This document shows, piece after piece, positions 1 to 10,690 of a stretch of 64,000 nt of DNA. The position numbers were made by a program, and so were the translations under genes. This DNA is from Paracoccaceae bacterium (lineage in GTDB: Bacteria > Pseudomonadota > Alphaproteobacteria > Rhodobacterales > Rhodobacteraceae), in the NCBI GenBank assembly GCA_902525915.1, contig CABZJF010000005.1:25713-89712 (forward strand). The letters run 5' to 3'. The first letter of the stretch is position 1. Every line of letters begins with the position of its first letter. The notes below the pieces were generated by a model. The model worked only from the letters and a program-made list of their open reading frames with translations. It did not search any database and was not told the DNA's origin.

Positions 1-1239
1 AACAGTATGAACGACTGGGATATCCGTGCCGGAACTAATCTGTATCATGCAGCCAATATTGCCAGCCGCAATAATATTAGGACTTTTTTCTTCGATTTTT
101 TTAACCTTTAACTTTTTTAAAGTATTCGAAATATCTGGTTGAAGTAAGTTATAGGTTCCTGCTGAACCGCAGCATATATGAGCATCGGACGGCTGTGACA
201 CCTTAAAACCAGCTCGTTCAAGTAATTTTATGGGGCTTTGCTTAATTTGTTGTCCATGTTGTAAAGAGCAAGCAGAGTGGTAAACTACATTTAAATTGTT
301 GCTGCTTAATATCGGGTTTAAGTCAAACTCGACCAAAAATTCAGAAATATCCTTCGCTAACGCTGAAACTTTCAATGCGCTTGCAGCTAGGTCGGTATCT
401 TCGAACATGTGGCCATAATCCTTTACGGTAGTTCCACAGCCACTCGTGTTAATAATAATGGCGTCGAGCCCATTAAATTCAATCTCGTTGTTCCAGGCCT
501 CTATGTTCGCTCTAGCCAACTGAAGGGCTTTATCTGTGTCGCCCATGTGATGGGTTAATGCGCCACAACATCCTTGTCCTTTCACAATAACTACTTCGCA
601 TCCCATGCGTCTTAAAATACGGATTGTTGCATCATTAATATCCGTATCCAAAACTTTTTGTGCACAACCGGTCATTAACGCTACCCGCTTTTTTGTTTCT
701 GGCTTTTGTGACAAAAAAACTTGAGGATCATCATTAAGGCTAGGTGGAAGGATTTTTTTTGGTGCAAGTGCAAGCATCGCTCTAAGTCTTTTACCCGGCA
801 CCAGTGGCGAAATAGGCTTAGCTAGTTTTGCGAGGATTAACGAAAACCTAAATCTTGCTGGAAAAGGTAGAATCAACGACAGTAGCCAACGCAAGTATCT
901 ATCCGCAGCAGGCCTTTTATAATTTTTGTTGATATAGCTTCTGGCATGATCAATTAGATGCATGTAATGGACGCCCGAAGGACAAGTTGTCATGCAGGAC
1001 AGACACGACAAACATCTATCTATATGTTTAACGGTTTGCACATCGGGAGTTCGTTCATTCTCCAGCATGTCCTTCATTAGGTATATTCGGCCCCTCGGAC
1101 TATCCAATTCATCACCCAAAATTTTATATGTTGGACATGTGGCGGTACAGAAACCACAGTGGACACATGACCTTAAAACTTCGTTAGACCTCTTAAAGTT
1201 CGGATTTCTAAGTTGCTCAGGAGAGAAGTTTGTCTGCAT
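1..1239 (-). CDS. glcF: Glycolate oxidase iron-sulfur subunit (3' end runs off the window; not in ORF track)
   Basis: Manual translation from ATG at 1239: MQTNFSPEQLRNPNFKRSNEVLRSCVHCGFCTATCPTY...CLSCLSCMTTCPSGV; two 4Fe-4S motifs plus CCG motifs; follows glcE. Confidence 0.93.
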   Translation of the reverse strand, partial: MQTNFSPEQLRNPNFKRSNEVLRSCVHCGFCTATCPTYKILGDELDSPRGRIYLMKDMLENERTPDVQTVKHIDRCLSCLSCMTTCPSGVHYMHLIDHARSYINKNYKRPAADRYLRWLLSLILPFPARFRFSLILAKLAKPISPLVPGKRLRAMLALAPKKILPPSLNDDPQVFLSQKPETKKRVALMTGCAQKVLDTDINDATIRILRRMGCEVVIVKGQGCCGALTHHMGDTDKALQLARANIEAWNNEIEFNGLDAIIINTSGCGTTVKDYGHMFEDTDLAASALKVSALAKDISEFLVEFDLNPILSSNNLNVVYHSACSLQHGQQIKQSPIKLLERAGFKVSQPSDAHICCGSAGTYNLLQPDISNTLKKLKVKKIEEKSPNIIAAGNIGCMIQISSGTDIPVVHTV

Positions 1240-1241
1240 AG

Positions 1242-2345
1242 CTAAATAACCAAGTACTGGTTTAAGATCTGCTTCGGGTCAAAACTTTTTCTAATTCCTT
1301 CCTTTATCCCAGAAATAGTACCATCGTAAGGATGGAACATTGGTATTTTCTTTGATTTTGTTTGAAAGCATGTTCCATGTCCAGACCCTGCGGGGACGTG
1401 TTCTCTTACATCTTGGTTTGGAGAAGCTAGTCCCCAAATCAAACCTCCACCCCAATCATAAAAATAATCATTAAATTTTGTTTTTTGTACAATTTGAGTA
1501 CTCGCGGTGGGCTTAACGGATAGCCGCCAAAGATCATCATTATTAGATTTGAGTGATGAAAGCAGCGAAATATTACGCCAGACTTGCATACTTTTGTCAG
1601 CATCAAGGGTGTTAATTTCTCGGTATTTTTTAACAATTTCCATTAATCTTTCGACTCGGTATTTAACAGAATTTTCAAAGCCTTCTACCCTAATCATTGT
1701 TTCCTTTTGCTTAGGGAAATGAGCCAACCCAGAGACATCAAATGGAGTTGCAGTTGCATCAATCATGGCATCTAACGCAAGTTGGTCATTCAGACCATGT
1801 ATTACGATAGTAGCTTCCGTCTCTGGCTTCGGCAGCACTTTAAAAGAAACTTCTGTGAGTATCCCTAAAGTTCCCCAACTGCCGGCAAATAGTTTAACCA
1901 AATCATAGCCTGTTACATTTTTCATAACCCGACCGCCATTTTGAATTATATTCCCTAATCCATCAACGAGCCGGATACCCAAAAGAAAATCTCTTGCAGC
2001 ACCTACTCGCAATCTACTTGAGCCACTGACGTTAGCGGCAAAGACTCCTCCAATTGTGCTGCTTCCTTTTTTATTAATAAACCGTGACCAATTATAGGGA
2101 TCAAATGCTAAACATTGATCCTCGGAAGTCAGAGTTTTTTGTATCTCAGAAAGCGGTGTACCAGCTTTTGCTATCATTGTTAAAGCACCGGGTTCGTAGT
2201 CAATAACTCCACTTAGTTTTGAAGTCGAAATAATTTTTGAACCAGACGGAGCCAATACGCGAGTATTCCCACCAGCAACGGATAATGGTTCCTTTGACTC
2301 GGATACAATTGCTGCAACTTCAATCTCACTAGAAGGAAAAAACAA
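1242..2345 (-). CDS. glcE: Glycolate oxidase FAD-binding subunit
   Basis: GGRVMKNVTGYDL and DWGGGLIW motifs; lies between glcD and glcF. Confidence 0.92.
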   Translation of the reverse strand: MFFPSSEIEVAAIVSESKEPLSVAGGNTRVLAPSGSKIISTSKLSGVIDYEPGALTMIAKAGTPLSEIQKTLTSEDQCLAFDPYNWSRFINKKGSSTIGGVFAANVSGSSRLRVGAARDFLLGIRLVDGLGNIIQNGGRVMKNVTGYDLVKLFAGSWGTLGILTEVSFKVLPKPETEATIVIHGLNDQLALDAMIDATATPFDVSGLAHFPKQKETMIRVEGFENSVKYRVERLMEIVKKYREINTLDADKSMQVWRNISLLSSLKSNNDDLWRLSVKPTASTQIVQKTKFNDYFYDWGGGLIWGLASPNQDVREHVPAGSGHGTCFQTKSKKIPMFHPYDGTISGIKEGIRKSFDPKQILNQYLVI

Positions 2346-2354
2346 AGGCCTGCT

Positions 2355-3797
2355 CTAACAATTAAATGCCATTCTACGGGCTTCGGTATGATGCAGCGGA
2401 AAAACTTTTAAAGGGTTTAACAGCCATTTTGAATCGAAAACATCTTTAATTCGTAATTGAGCATCAATGTCGTCGGCCGTAAACTGATAATCCATCAATT
2501 CCCGTTTTTCTATTCCCACACCATGTTCACCTGTTAAACAGCCACCTACTTCAACGCAGAGCCGTAAAATTTCAGCTCCAAATTCTTCACATTTAGTCAA
2601 TTCGCCAGGCTTATTTGCATCGTAAAGGATGAGTGGATGCATATTCCCGTCGCCTGCATGAAAAACATTAGCAACACTGAGGCCGTAAGTTTTACTCATT
2701 TCCCCTATACATTTAAGGACATAAGGCAATTTATTTACGGGAATTGTACCGTCAAGGCACATATAATCTGCAATTTGACCCATTGCCCCAAAAGCTGACT
2801 TTCGCCCAAGCCAAATACGGTTTGCTTGCTCCTCATCTTTTGCTCGTCTCAGTTCAGTTGGATCAAGTGACTTAGCGATAACCATAATTTTATCTATCTG
2901 TTCATCAATTTCGTCCAAACTACCTTCCACCTCAACAATAAGTAAGGCCTCACATTCTGGGTAACCAGCGCCAGAAAAAGTTTCTGTGGCCTCAATACAT
3001 GGCCTATCCATAAACTCAATTGCTACAGGCAAGATACCCGCTTTAATAATATTTGAAACACATTGACCGGCTATTTCGTTACTATTGAAGCCAATCAAAA
3101 CAGGTAGAGCACCCTCTGGTTTGTGCAATATTCGTAAAGTCGCCTCTGTCACGATGCCCAATTGACCCTCTGAACCACAAACGACAGACAAAAGATCAAG
3201 ACCATTAGAATCAAAAGCAGCCCCCCCAATTTCCAAAATCTGACCATCCATAGTTACTAACTTAACCCCAAGTAGATTATTAGACGTCACACCATACTTC
3301 AGACAATGAGCGCCTCCAGAATTCATCCCTATGTTCCCAGCTATGGCGCATGCCAGTTGGCTAGACGGATCGGGCGCATAAAAATAACCATTATCCTCAA
3401 CAGCATTTGTTACCCCTATATTTGTTAGGCCCGATTGTACCCTTATAAATCGGTTACGATAATCTGTCTCCATAACACTATTCATTTTAGAGACCCCCAA
3501 AACTACACTATCAGCTGAGGGCATAGCACCACCCGCCAACGAAGTGCCAGAACCCCTTGGAATAACTGGAATATTCATTTTGTGGCATAGTTTCAATACT
3601 TCCGACACCTGGGCTGTAGTCTCTGGCAATACAACCAGCATTGGAGGACAACGATAGGCCGTTAGCGCATCGCATTCATAGGCCAAAGTTTCTGCTTTAT
3701 CCTCTATTATTGATGATGCGGGCAGAACTTTTTTTAACGCTTCGACCAGTTCAGGTTTTTTTTCAATCCTAGAAGTACTTGCTAAGGGTATATCCAT
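2355..3797 (-). CDS. glcD: Glycolate oxidase subunit (FAD-linked oxidase)
   Basis: PRGSGTSLAGG, APDPSSQ, HCLKYGVT, HAGDGNMHP and GEHGVG motifs. Confidence 0.93.
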   Translation of the reverse strand: MDIPLASTSRIEKKPELVEALKKVLPASSIIEDKAETLAYECDALTAYRCPPMLVVLPETTAQVSEVLKLCHKMNIPVIPRGSGTSLAGGAMPSADSVVLGVSKMNSVMETDYRNRFIRVQSGLTNIGVTNAVEDNGYFYAPDPSSQLACAIAGNIGMNSGGAHCLKYGVTSNNLLGVKLVTMDGQILEIGGAAFDSNGLDLLSVVCGSEGQLGIVTEATLRILHKPEGALPVLIGFNSNEIAGQCVSNIIKAGILPVAIEFMDRPCIEATETFSGAGYPECEALLIVEVEGSLDEIDEQIDKIMVIAKSLDPTELRRAKDEEQANRIWLGRKSAFGAMGQIADYMCLDGTIPVNKLPYVLKCIGEMSKTYGLSVANVFHAGDGNMHPLILYDANKPGELTKCEEFGAEILRLCVEVGGCLTGEHGVGIEKRELMDYQFTADDIDAQLRIKDVFDSKWLLNPLKVFPLHHTEARRMAFNC

Positions 3798-3808
3798 ATG
3801 AAGCCTTT

Positions 3809-3829
3809 TTGGTAAAATTTTATAACCAA
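3809..3829. promoter_or_regulatory. Possible FadR/GntR-family (GlcC/LldR-type) operator upstream of glcD
   Basis: TTGGT-AAAATTTTATA-ACCAA inverted repeat just upstream of the glcD start; TGGT...ACCA ends are typical of FadR-subfamily operators. Confidence 0.4.
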
Positions 3830-3969
3830 TTTTTTTAAATTGGCAATATCCACCAGCAATAAGAAAAAATTACTTGATCCACTTTCTTAAGATTCAGATT
3901 ATTTGCATAATTATTAGGTGCAATTCTGAATAAAAAGATTACTTCTTTTAGGGGAAAAAGGCACATATA

Positions 3970-4566
3970 ATGGCATCAGAAAACAAAAAACAGAACAAAA
4001 TACCAACAGCAGAAGGTATTGCATCAGCTGCTCGCAAGGTTTCAAAGAAAGGACATCCGCCCGTACATCTTTGGGATCCACCATTTTGTGGGAATTTAGA
4101 TATTCGAATAGCCCAAGATGGCACTTGGTATTACCTGGGAAGTCCTATTGGGAGATTTGAACTTGTTAAGCTTTTTTCTTCAATCCTAAGAAAAGATGAA
4201 GATAAGTACTTTTTAGTAACTCCAGCAGAAAAAGTGGGAATTAAAGTAGACGATGCACCATTTGTGGCAGTCGATTTTTCTGTTGTTGGTAGTGGCAACA
4301 ATCAAACATTGATTTTTGAAACCCATGTTGGTGATACGGTTAAACTCAATAATGAGAACCCATTGCGCGTGACAATTGATCAAAACAGTGGAGAACCAAA
4401 ACCGTATATTCACATTAGGTCTGGCCTAGAAGCTCTTATTGACAGAAAAAGCTTTTACAGATTGATCGAAATTTGCTCAATTAAAACTCACAATAAAGAA
4501 GAATGGTTTGGTATATGTTCAAATAAAAATTTCTTTCCCATCATTCTCGCATCTGAATTAAGCTAG
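3970..4566 (+). CDS. DUF1285 domain protein
   Basis: PPVHLWDPPFCG.LDIRI..DGTWYYLGSPIGR..LVKLFSSIL and EKVGI.VDDAPFVAVD. Confidence 0.88.
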   Translation: MASENKKQNKIPTAEGIASAARKVSKKGHPPVHLWDPPFCGNLDIRIAQDGTWYYLGSPIGRFELVKLFSSILRKDEDKYFLVTPAEKVGIKVDDAPFVAVDFSVVGSGNNQTLIFETHVGDTVKLNNENPLRVTIDQNSGEPKPYIHIRSGLEALIDRKSFYRLIEICSIKTHNKEEWFGICSNKNFFPIILASELS

Positions 4567-4570
4567 GTAT

Positions 4571-7372
4571 TTAATGAGCTTGAGCCCAGTTCTCGCCATG
4601 GCCTGCGTCGACGAGAATGGGAATATCTAATTTAACCGCTGGATACGATGCTTCTTCCATTATTGATTTAGCTACAGAAATTAAAGCCTCTACGTCACCC
4701 TGGTCTACCTCAAACAAAAGTTCATCATGAACTTGCAAAAGCATTTTTGCATTAAGATGTGAAATTGCAGTTGGCATGCGTATCATCGCCCTGCGAATAA
4801 TATCAGCGGCTGTTCCTTGAATTGGAGCATTTATAGCTGCACGCTTAGCAAAGCCAGCATTTGGACCTTTTGCATTTATTTGAAGCGTATGGATAATTCT
4901 TCCAAACAACGTTTCCACATAATTTTTTTCCTTAGCAAACCGAATGGTTTCATCCATATATTCCTTTATGCCCGGAAATCTCTCAAAGTATCTATCTATA
5001 AAGGCTTGGGCATCTGAACGTGGGATTCTTAAATTTCGGGCTAAACCAAATCCAGATATACCATAAATAACTCCAAAATTTATTGCCTTAGCCTGCCTTC
5101 TGATCTCAGACGTCATTTCATCAAGAGGCACATTGAACATTTCTGACGCCGTCATCGCATGAATATCTAATCCATCACGAAAAGCTTTTTTCAAACTATC
5201 GATAGATGCTACGTGAGCAAGGATCCTCAACTCAATTTGACTGTAATCTAAACTTACAAGAACTTTTCCAGTTTCTGCGATAAAAGCTTCTCGAATACGC
5301 CGTCCTTCTTCGGATCGAATGGGTATATTTTGTAAGTTAGGATCAGCTGACGCTAGTCGCCCAGTATTAGCTCCAGCTATAACATATGATGTATGAACAC
5401 GGCCAGATGAAGGATTGATGTGATCTTGTAATGCGTCAGTATAAGTTGACTTCAACTTACTTAATTGTCGCCAGTCTATTACCTTCCTTGGCAAATCATA
5501 TTCTGTAGCAAGATCTGCCAAAACATCAGCACCCGTAGAATAGGCGCCCGTTTTCCCTTTGGCCCCACCAGCATATCCAAGTTTATCAAATAGGATTTCC
5601 CCTAACTGTTTGGGGCTACCAACATTGAACGTTTCTCCTGCAAGACTATAAATCTCTTCCTCTAAATGAGCCATTTTTTGAGAAAATGAGTTTGACATCC
5701 TAACAAGTGTGTCTCTATCAACTTTAATACCCAAAAGCTCCATGTCTGACAGAACTCTAACCAAGGGACGTTCAAGGGTTTCATAAACCTTTGTTACTTT
5801 AGACAAGTGAAGCTTAGGTTTGAAGAGCTTCCATAAGCGGATGGTTACGTCAGCATCTTCAGCCGCGTAATTACTAGCTTCATCTATCGGGACAAAGTCA
5901 AATGTTATTGCTGATTTTCCAGTTCCGATCAATGATTTTATAGAAACTGGTGTGTGACCTAAATATTTTTCAGACAGCGTGTCCATACTGTGTCGGTGAA
6001 TGCCGCCATGCAGTGCATAGGACATTAACATCGTATCATCAATCGCCTCAAAGGCTAAACCATATTTTGATAATATTTTTATATCATATTTTATATTTTG
6101 GCCAATAATAAGAACCGCTGGATCAGATAAAACTGATCCTATGAGTTCTGTCACTACTGCTATAGGAATTTGATTAGCACACAGTTTACTTGAACCAAAT
6201 AAACCATCAGCGGGCTCGCCTTCTTTGTGTCCAACAGGAATGTAACATGCATAACCTGGCTTAATGCAGAGCGATATCCCGACAAGCTCGGCTTTCATTT
6301 CATCCAATCCTGTCGTCTCAGTATCAAAAGCTACATATCCGTGATAGCGAATATCCTCAATCCACTGCTTCAATCTTTCAATAGAACTGACGGTTTCATA
6401 GTTTTTAGTCGTTATTGGTCCATAAATATTTTCTTCGTTTTTTTCATTCTGTTTTTTGTTAGATGGTGAAAGCTCAGCTATTTCAACGTTAAATTGTTCT
6501 GAAACCCTTTTTAAAATGGTACGAAATTCCATTTCTTTCAAAAATTCCACTAAGACATCTATTCTTGGAGGAGAAACTACCAAGTCATCGATCGCAAAAT
6601 CTAACTTCATTGCGCAATCCAATTTTACTAACTGCTTTGAAATTCGTATTTGATCCGCGAAATTAATTAAAGTTTCTCTTCGTTTGGGTTGTTTTATCTC
6701 ATGTGCATTATCCAGAAGATTTTCTAATGTGCCAAATATATTAATTAGCTCAGCTGCTGTTTTTACTCCAATACCAGGTGCGCCTGGAACATTGTCAACG
6801 CTATCACCGGCTAATGCTTGTACGTCTACTACAAGCTCTGGGTTAACTCCAAACTTTTCAACTACAGCATCACGATTTATTCGCCGATTTTTCATTGCGT
6901 CGAACATTTCAACACCATCACCAACAAGCTGCATCAAATCTTTATCTGAACTGATGATTGTTGCACGACCTCCAGCCTCCCGAGCCTGACAAGCAAGCGT
7001 CGCTATTATATCATCAGCCTCAAAACCTACTACTTCCTTGCACGTAATATTAAAGGCGTTTGTCGCATCCCTTGTTAACGGAAATTGAGGTACTAGATCT
7101 TCAGGAGCAGGAGGCCTGTTAGCTTTATACTCCTTGTAGATGTCATTACGAAAACTTTTGCCAGAATGATCAAAAATAACTGCCGCGTGAGTTGCCGCAT
7201 CTACACCAGTATTATTTTGAATATACCGAAAGAGCATATTACAAAAGCCACTGACTGCTCCGATAGGTAGTCCGTCGGACGACCGAGTAAGTGGTGGGAG
7301 TGCATGATATGCACGAAATATAAATGCAGATCCATCAATCAAATGTAGATGATGACCTTTGCCAAATTTCAT
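4571..7372 (-). CDS. polA: DNA polymerase I
   Basis: 5'-3' exonuclease (IDGS..FRAYHA), 3'-5' exonuclease (FDTETT), polymerase motifs DYSQIELR, KAINFG..YG, QVHDEL. Confidence 0.98.
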   Translation of the reverse strand: MKFGKGHHLHLIDGSAFIFRAYHALPPLTRSSDGLPIGAVSGFCNMLFRYIQNNTGVDAATHAAVIFDHSGKSFRNDIYKEYKANRPPAPEDLVPQFPLTRDATNAFNITCKEVVGFEADDIIATLACQAREAGGRATIISSDKDLMQLVGDGVEMFDAMKNRRINRDAVVEKFGVNPELVVDVQALAGDSVDNVPGAPGIGVKTAAELINIFGTLENLLDNAHEIKQPKRRETLINFADQIRISKQLVKLDCAMKLDFAIDDLVVSPPRIDVLVEFLKEMEFRTILKRVSEQFNVEIAELSPSNKKQNEKNEENIYGPITTKNYETVSSIERLKQWIEDIRYHGYVAFDTETTGLDEMKAELVGISLCIKPGYACYIPVGHKEGEPADGLFGSSKLCANQIPIAVVTELIGSVLSDPAVLIIGQNIKYDIKILSKYGLAFEAIDDTMLMSYALHGGIHRHSMDTLSEKYLGHTPVSIKSLIGTGKSAITFDFVPIDEASNYAAEDADVTIRLWKLFKPKLHLSKVTKVYETLERPLVRVLSDMELLGIKVDRDTLVRMSNSFSQKMAHLEEEIYSLAGETFNVGSPKQLGEILFDKLGYAGGAKGKTGAYSTGADVLADLATEYDLPRKVIDWRQLSKLKSTYTDALQDHINPSSGRVHTSYVIAGANTGRLASADPNLQNIPIRSEEGRRIREAFIAETGKVLVSLDYSQIELRILAHVASIDSLKKAFRDGLDIHAMTASEMFNVPLDEMTSEIRRQAKAINFGVIYGISGFGLARNLRIPRSDAQAFIDRYFERFPGIKEYMDETIRFAKEKNYVETLFGRIIHTLQINAKGPNAGFAKRAAINAPIQGTAADIIRRAMIRMPTAISHLNAKMLLQVHDELLFEVDQGDVEALISVAKSIMEEASYPAVKLDIPILVDAGHGENWAQAH

Positions 7373-7413
7373 AGTCTCTTATCCATTCAAACCAAATTCA
7401 AGAGCCACAAAGG

Positions 7414-7599
7414 CTATTGATTCAATCTAGTCTCAAAATCGCAGTGAATAATTTTACAATCACAATAAGGGCACTCTACCCATCCTTTATTCATTGGAAT
7501 TTGCAGCCAAACCTTTGGGTGGCCAAGGGCTCCCCCACCACCGTCACATGACACGCGAAATGTATTAACTATTCTTGTTTCTGGTGCATCGACTACCAT
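7414..7599 (-). CDS. zf-CHCC zinc-finger protein
   Basis: SCDGGGGALGHPKVWL...CPYCD motif. Confidence 0.85.
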   Translation of the reverse strand: MVVDAPETRIVNTFRVSCDGGGGALGHPKVWLQIPMNKGWVECPYCDCKIIHCDFETRLNQ

Positions 7600-7649
7600 A
7601 ATTTCATCCTACTCATGTCTAAACTCACAAATGATACTACACTTAACGC

Positions 7650-8033
7650 CTATAAGCTTTTTGATATCATGGGCCCTAAATTTCGCCCACCCAGAATGTG
7701 TACATGCAAATGTGGAACTTCCTGCAAACCCGCTTCACCTGCATTGGAGATAGCCCTAAAACCACCGCCACCCTGCGAGGGCTCCACCTCTAAAATCTTG
7801 CAAACTTCCCCAATCGCTCGAACGAAGTCAGTAATTTCCTCGCTAGAAGCAGTTTGGGCAAAATGGTCATAAGTGACATACGAACCTTTTGGAATTACTA
7901 AAACATGTTTTGGAGCAGCCGGATTAATATCGTGAAACGCTAAGCTGTGTTCTGTTTCTAGAACTTTATTACATGGGATCTCACCCCGTAGTATCTTTGC
8001 AAAAATATTTTGATCATCATAATTGTGTAGCAT
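7650..8033 (-). CDS. HIT (histidine triad) nucleotide-binding protein
   Basis: NIFAKILRGEIP; QEVPHLHVHILGG. Confidence 0.93.
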   Translation of the reverse strand: MLHNYDDQNIFAKILRGEIPCNKVLETEHSLAFHDINPAAPKHVLVIPKGSYVTYDHFAQTASSEEITDFVRAIGEVCKILEVEPSQGGGGFRAISNAGEAGLQEVPHLHVHILGGRNLGPMISKSL

Positions 8034-8075
8034 TTCTTTCTCAATTCATACTTCTATAAAAATAGTACCCCAATG

Positions 8076-9089
8076 TTAAACTACAGTGTCAGTAAACCCT
8101 GAGATAAGTTCGGACTGAATAAATAAATTCTTTACTGAAACCTTTGGCCTTGGCCCAATATGTCCAATAACTTCTCCCGCAGCAATATTACCCATCTTAC
8201 AACTTGTTTCTAGATCACAATTAGACGCCATACCATATAGAAAACCTGCCGCGAATTGATCACCTGCACCAGTTGTATCAATGGGCGAAATTTTTTTAAC
8301 TCCAACGTCAACCCTTTGAGCGCCTTTAATTGCCGTAACACCTTTGTCAGCTTTTGTACAAACCACTAAAGCACACATTTTGCTTGTTTGGTTAAGAGCC
8401 TTTTCTAAGTCCTCGGTTTCAAAAAGGCTCTTGATTTCATCTTCATTTCCTATCACGAAATCAAGATCATTTTCGATTAAATTTAGAAAGTCACTTCTAT
8501 GCCTCTCCACACAAAACGGATCCGATATAGCAATTCCTGTTTTACCCCCAGCTAGTTTTGTATCTCGCGCAAGCTTTACAAATGCCTCCTTTCCTTTACT
8601 TTTATCAAAAAGATAGCCTTCCAAGAATACAAAAGCTGCTCTGCTTGCTAAATTCGTCGGTATATCATCAATACTCAAATCACCAGAGATACCCAAATAA
8701 GTATTCATAGAACGCTCACCATCTTGCGAATTAAAGATCATTGACCTCGAGGTCGGGAGCTGGCCATTAGAGACTGGTGGATTGAGAAAATCTGTACCCG
8801 ATGCCGCGGTTGCTTGGGCATAAAACCTTCCCAGCTCATCATCACATACACGCCCTACAAAAGCAGTTTTACCTCCCAGAGAACTAATACCAGCCACTGT
8901 ATTCGCTACCGAGCCTCCCGCGGCATTTGTTCTTGCGCCCATCGAATTATACAAAAATTCAGAACGATCTTTTTCGATAAGCTGCATGATGCCCTTTTCA
9001 ATTCCCATTTTTTCGAGAAACCTTTCATCACATGGAGAAATTATATCAACAACAGCATTGCCAATTCCAACCACATCATATTTTTTCAT
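8076..9089 (-). CDS. PfkB-family carbohydrate/adenosine kinase
   Basis: GIGNAVVD, GGSVANT and DTTGAGD signatures. Confidence 0.9.
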   Translation of the reverse strand: MKKYDVVGIGNAVVDIISPCDERFLEKMGIEKGIMQLIEKDRSEFLYNSMGARTNAAGGSVANTVAGISSLGGKTAFVGRVCDDELGRFYAQATAASGTDFLNPPVSNGQLPTSRSMIFNSQDGERSMNTYLGISGDLSIDDIPTNLASRAAFVFLEGYLFDKSKGKEAFVKLARDTKLAGGKTGIAISDPFCVERHRSDFLNLIENDLDFVIGNEDEIKSLFETEDLEKALNQTSKMCALVVCTKADKGVTAIKGAQRVDVGVKKISPIDTTGAGDQFAAGFLYGMASNCDLETSCKMGNIAAGEVIGHIGPRPKVSVKNLFIQSELISGFTDTVV

Positions 9090-9730
9090 AAATTTTTATC
9101 CTCGAATATACATAAATCCCTTATGATGCAGTTTCCACAAAGAGGTTTGCGTGCCTTACAGAAATACCTACCATGTAAAATCAACCAGTGATGTGCATGC
9201 AGTTGAAGATCTGCTGGAATATTATCTTCTATTGCTCGCTCCACTGCGTCAACATCTTTACCAGGTGCGATACCACTTCTGTTACCAACTCTAAAAATAT
9301 GTGTATCAACAGCCTGAGCAGGGTGTCTCCACCACATATTCAAAACAACATTCGCAGTTTTTCGTCCAACGCCAGGTAGGCTCTCTAAAGCAGCGCGTGA
9401 ATTAGGAACAATACCGTTATACTGATCTACCAAAATTTGGCTAAGCTTGATTACGTTTCTCGCTTTGTTGCGATACAACCCGATAGTCTTTATGTACTCT
9501 ATTAAACCGTCCTCACCCAACTTAATCATGTCTTCCGGACTACTTATAAATTTAAACAGTTTCTCAGTAGCTTTGTTAACACCTTTATCGGTAGATTGTG
9601 CACTTAATGCAACCGCAACCAATAGGGTAAAAACATTTGTATGATTGAGTTCACCCTTCGGTTCGGGATCCGCTTCTTTAAATCGCTCAAAGATTTCTTT
9701 TAAAACATGAAAATTTAATTGACGGCTCAT
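9086..9730 (-). CDS. nth: Endonuclease III (start placed at ATG 9730, 214 aa)
   Basis: LSAQSTD, HhH LPGVGRKTANVV, VDTH and C-terminal C-x6-C-x2-C-x5-C cluster. Confidence 0.95.
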   Translation of the reverse strand: MSRQLNFHVLKEIFERFKEADPEPKGELNHTNVFTLLVAVALSAQSTDKGVNKATEKLFKFISSPEDMIKLGEDGLIEYIKTIGLYRNKARNVIKLSQILVDQYNGIVPNSRAALESLPGVGRKTANVVLNMWWRHPAQAVDTHIFRVGNRSGIAPGKDVDAVERAIEDNIPADLQLHAHHWLILHGRYFCKARKPLCGNCIIRDLCIFEDKNL

Positions 9731-10054
9731 GTACTTACATTTGCAATTATTTCCAAGAAAGAACAAGGCTGAATAACAATAGGTTTTTCACTAAGCTCAA
9801 TAGTTCTCTAAAATACCAAACCATATAGTCTAGTAGGGTGTAACTCTTGGAAAAGTTTCAACGACAAATGGGCTTGGTAGAAAAACGTTTTCAAGTATGC
9901 AAGCTGGGCAATGAGATTCACTTATAAAGATCACTCTTATTGAGTTTCACACTTTTAATTGACCCTATATTTGTAATTATCGAAAGTTGCCATTTATTTC
10001 TTCAATAGTTAGCATCAAAAATATGCCGGAAAGTAAAAATTAAAATAGAAGATA

Positions 10055-10657
10055 ATGATGAGCCAAATTCTACCAAAGAGCCAAAAACTGTATGATCTCA
10101 CTATAAATTGGCAAACTGAAAATACTAAACACCTTTTATCACAATCAACCAATTTTCGTGTTCATTACGGATTTACGCATAGCCCGTTCGGCAAAGCTCT
10201 AGTCATGGGAACAAAACAAGAGATATGTGGAATAGCATTTGCAGATCAATTAGGCGATGAACAGACCCTACGAGATATGATGCAGCGCTGGCCGCGAACG
10301 ACCTTTACCCATAATGAAGAGCTCATATTGAAGCTCTCATCGCCAATATTTGATTTTTCTGGCAAAACACAATTACAACTTATTGGTTCACCATTTCAGA
10401 TTAAGGTTTGGGAGGCACTACTTCAAATACAAGCCGGCCAGGTTGTAACTTACTCAGAGGTGGCAACCGCAATTAATAAACCATCTGCCGTTCGTGCTGT
10501 AGCAACGGCAATTGGCCGTAATCCAATAAGCTTCCTAATACCCTGTCATAGGGTGATACAGAAATCTGGGGGTTTCGGCGGATATCATTGGGGACTTCCA
10601 ATTAAAAAACATATACTCAACTTTGAGAATGAAAAATCAAGAAATCCGATTGGATAA
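10055..10657 (+). CDS. ogt: Methylated-DNA-[protein]-cysteine S-methyltransferase (Ogt/Ada C-terminal part, no HTH domain)
   Basis: FQIKVWEAL, RAVATAIGRNP, active-site PCHRV, GGYHWG. Confidence 0.9.
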   Translation: MMSQILPKSQKLYDLTINWQTENTKHLLSQSTNFRVHYGFTHSPFGKALVMGTKQEICGIAFADQLGDEQTLRDMMQRWPRTTFTHNEELILKLSSPIFDFSGKTQLQLIGSPFQIKVWEALLQIQAGQVVTYSEVATAINKPSAVRAVATAIGRNPISFLIPCHRVIQKSGGFGGYHWGLPIKKHILNFENEKSRNPIG

Positions 10658-10690
10658 AAAGTAAAATTGTTTAACTTTATAAAACTCATT

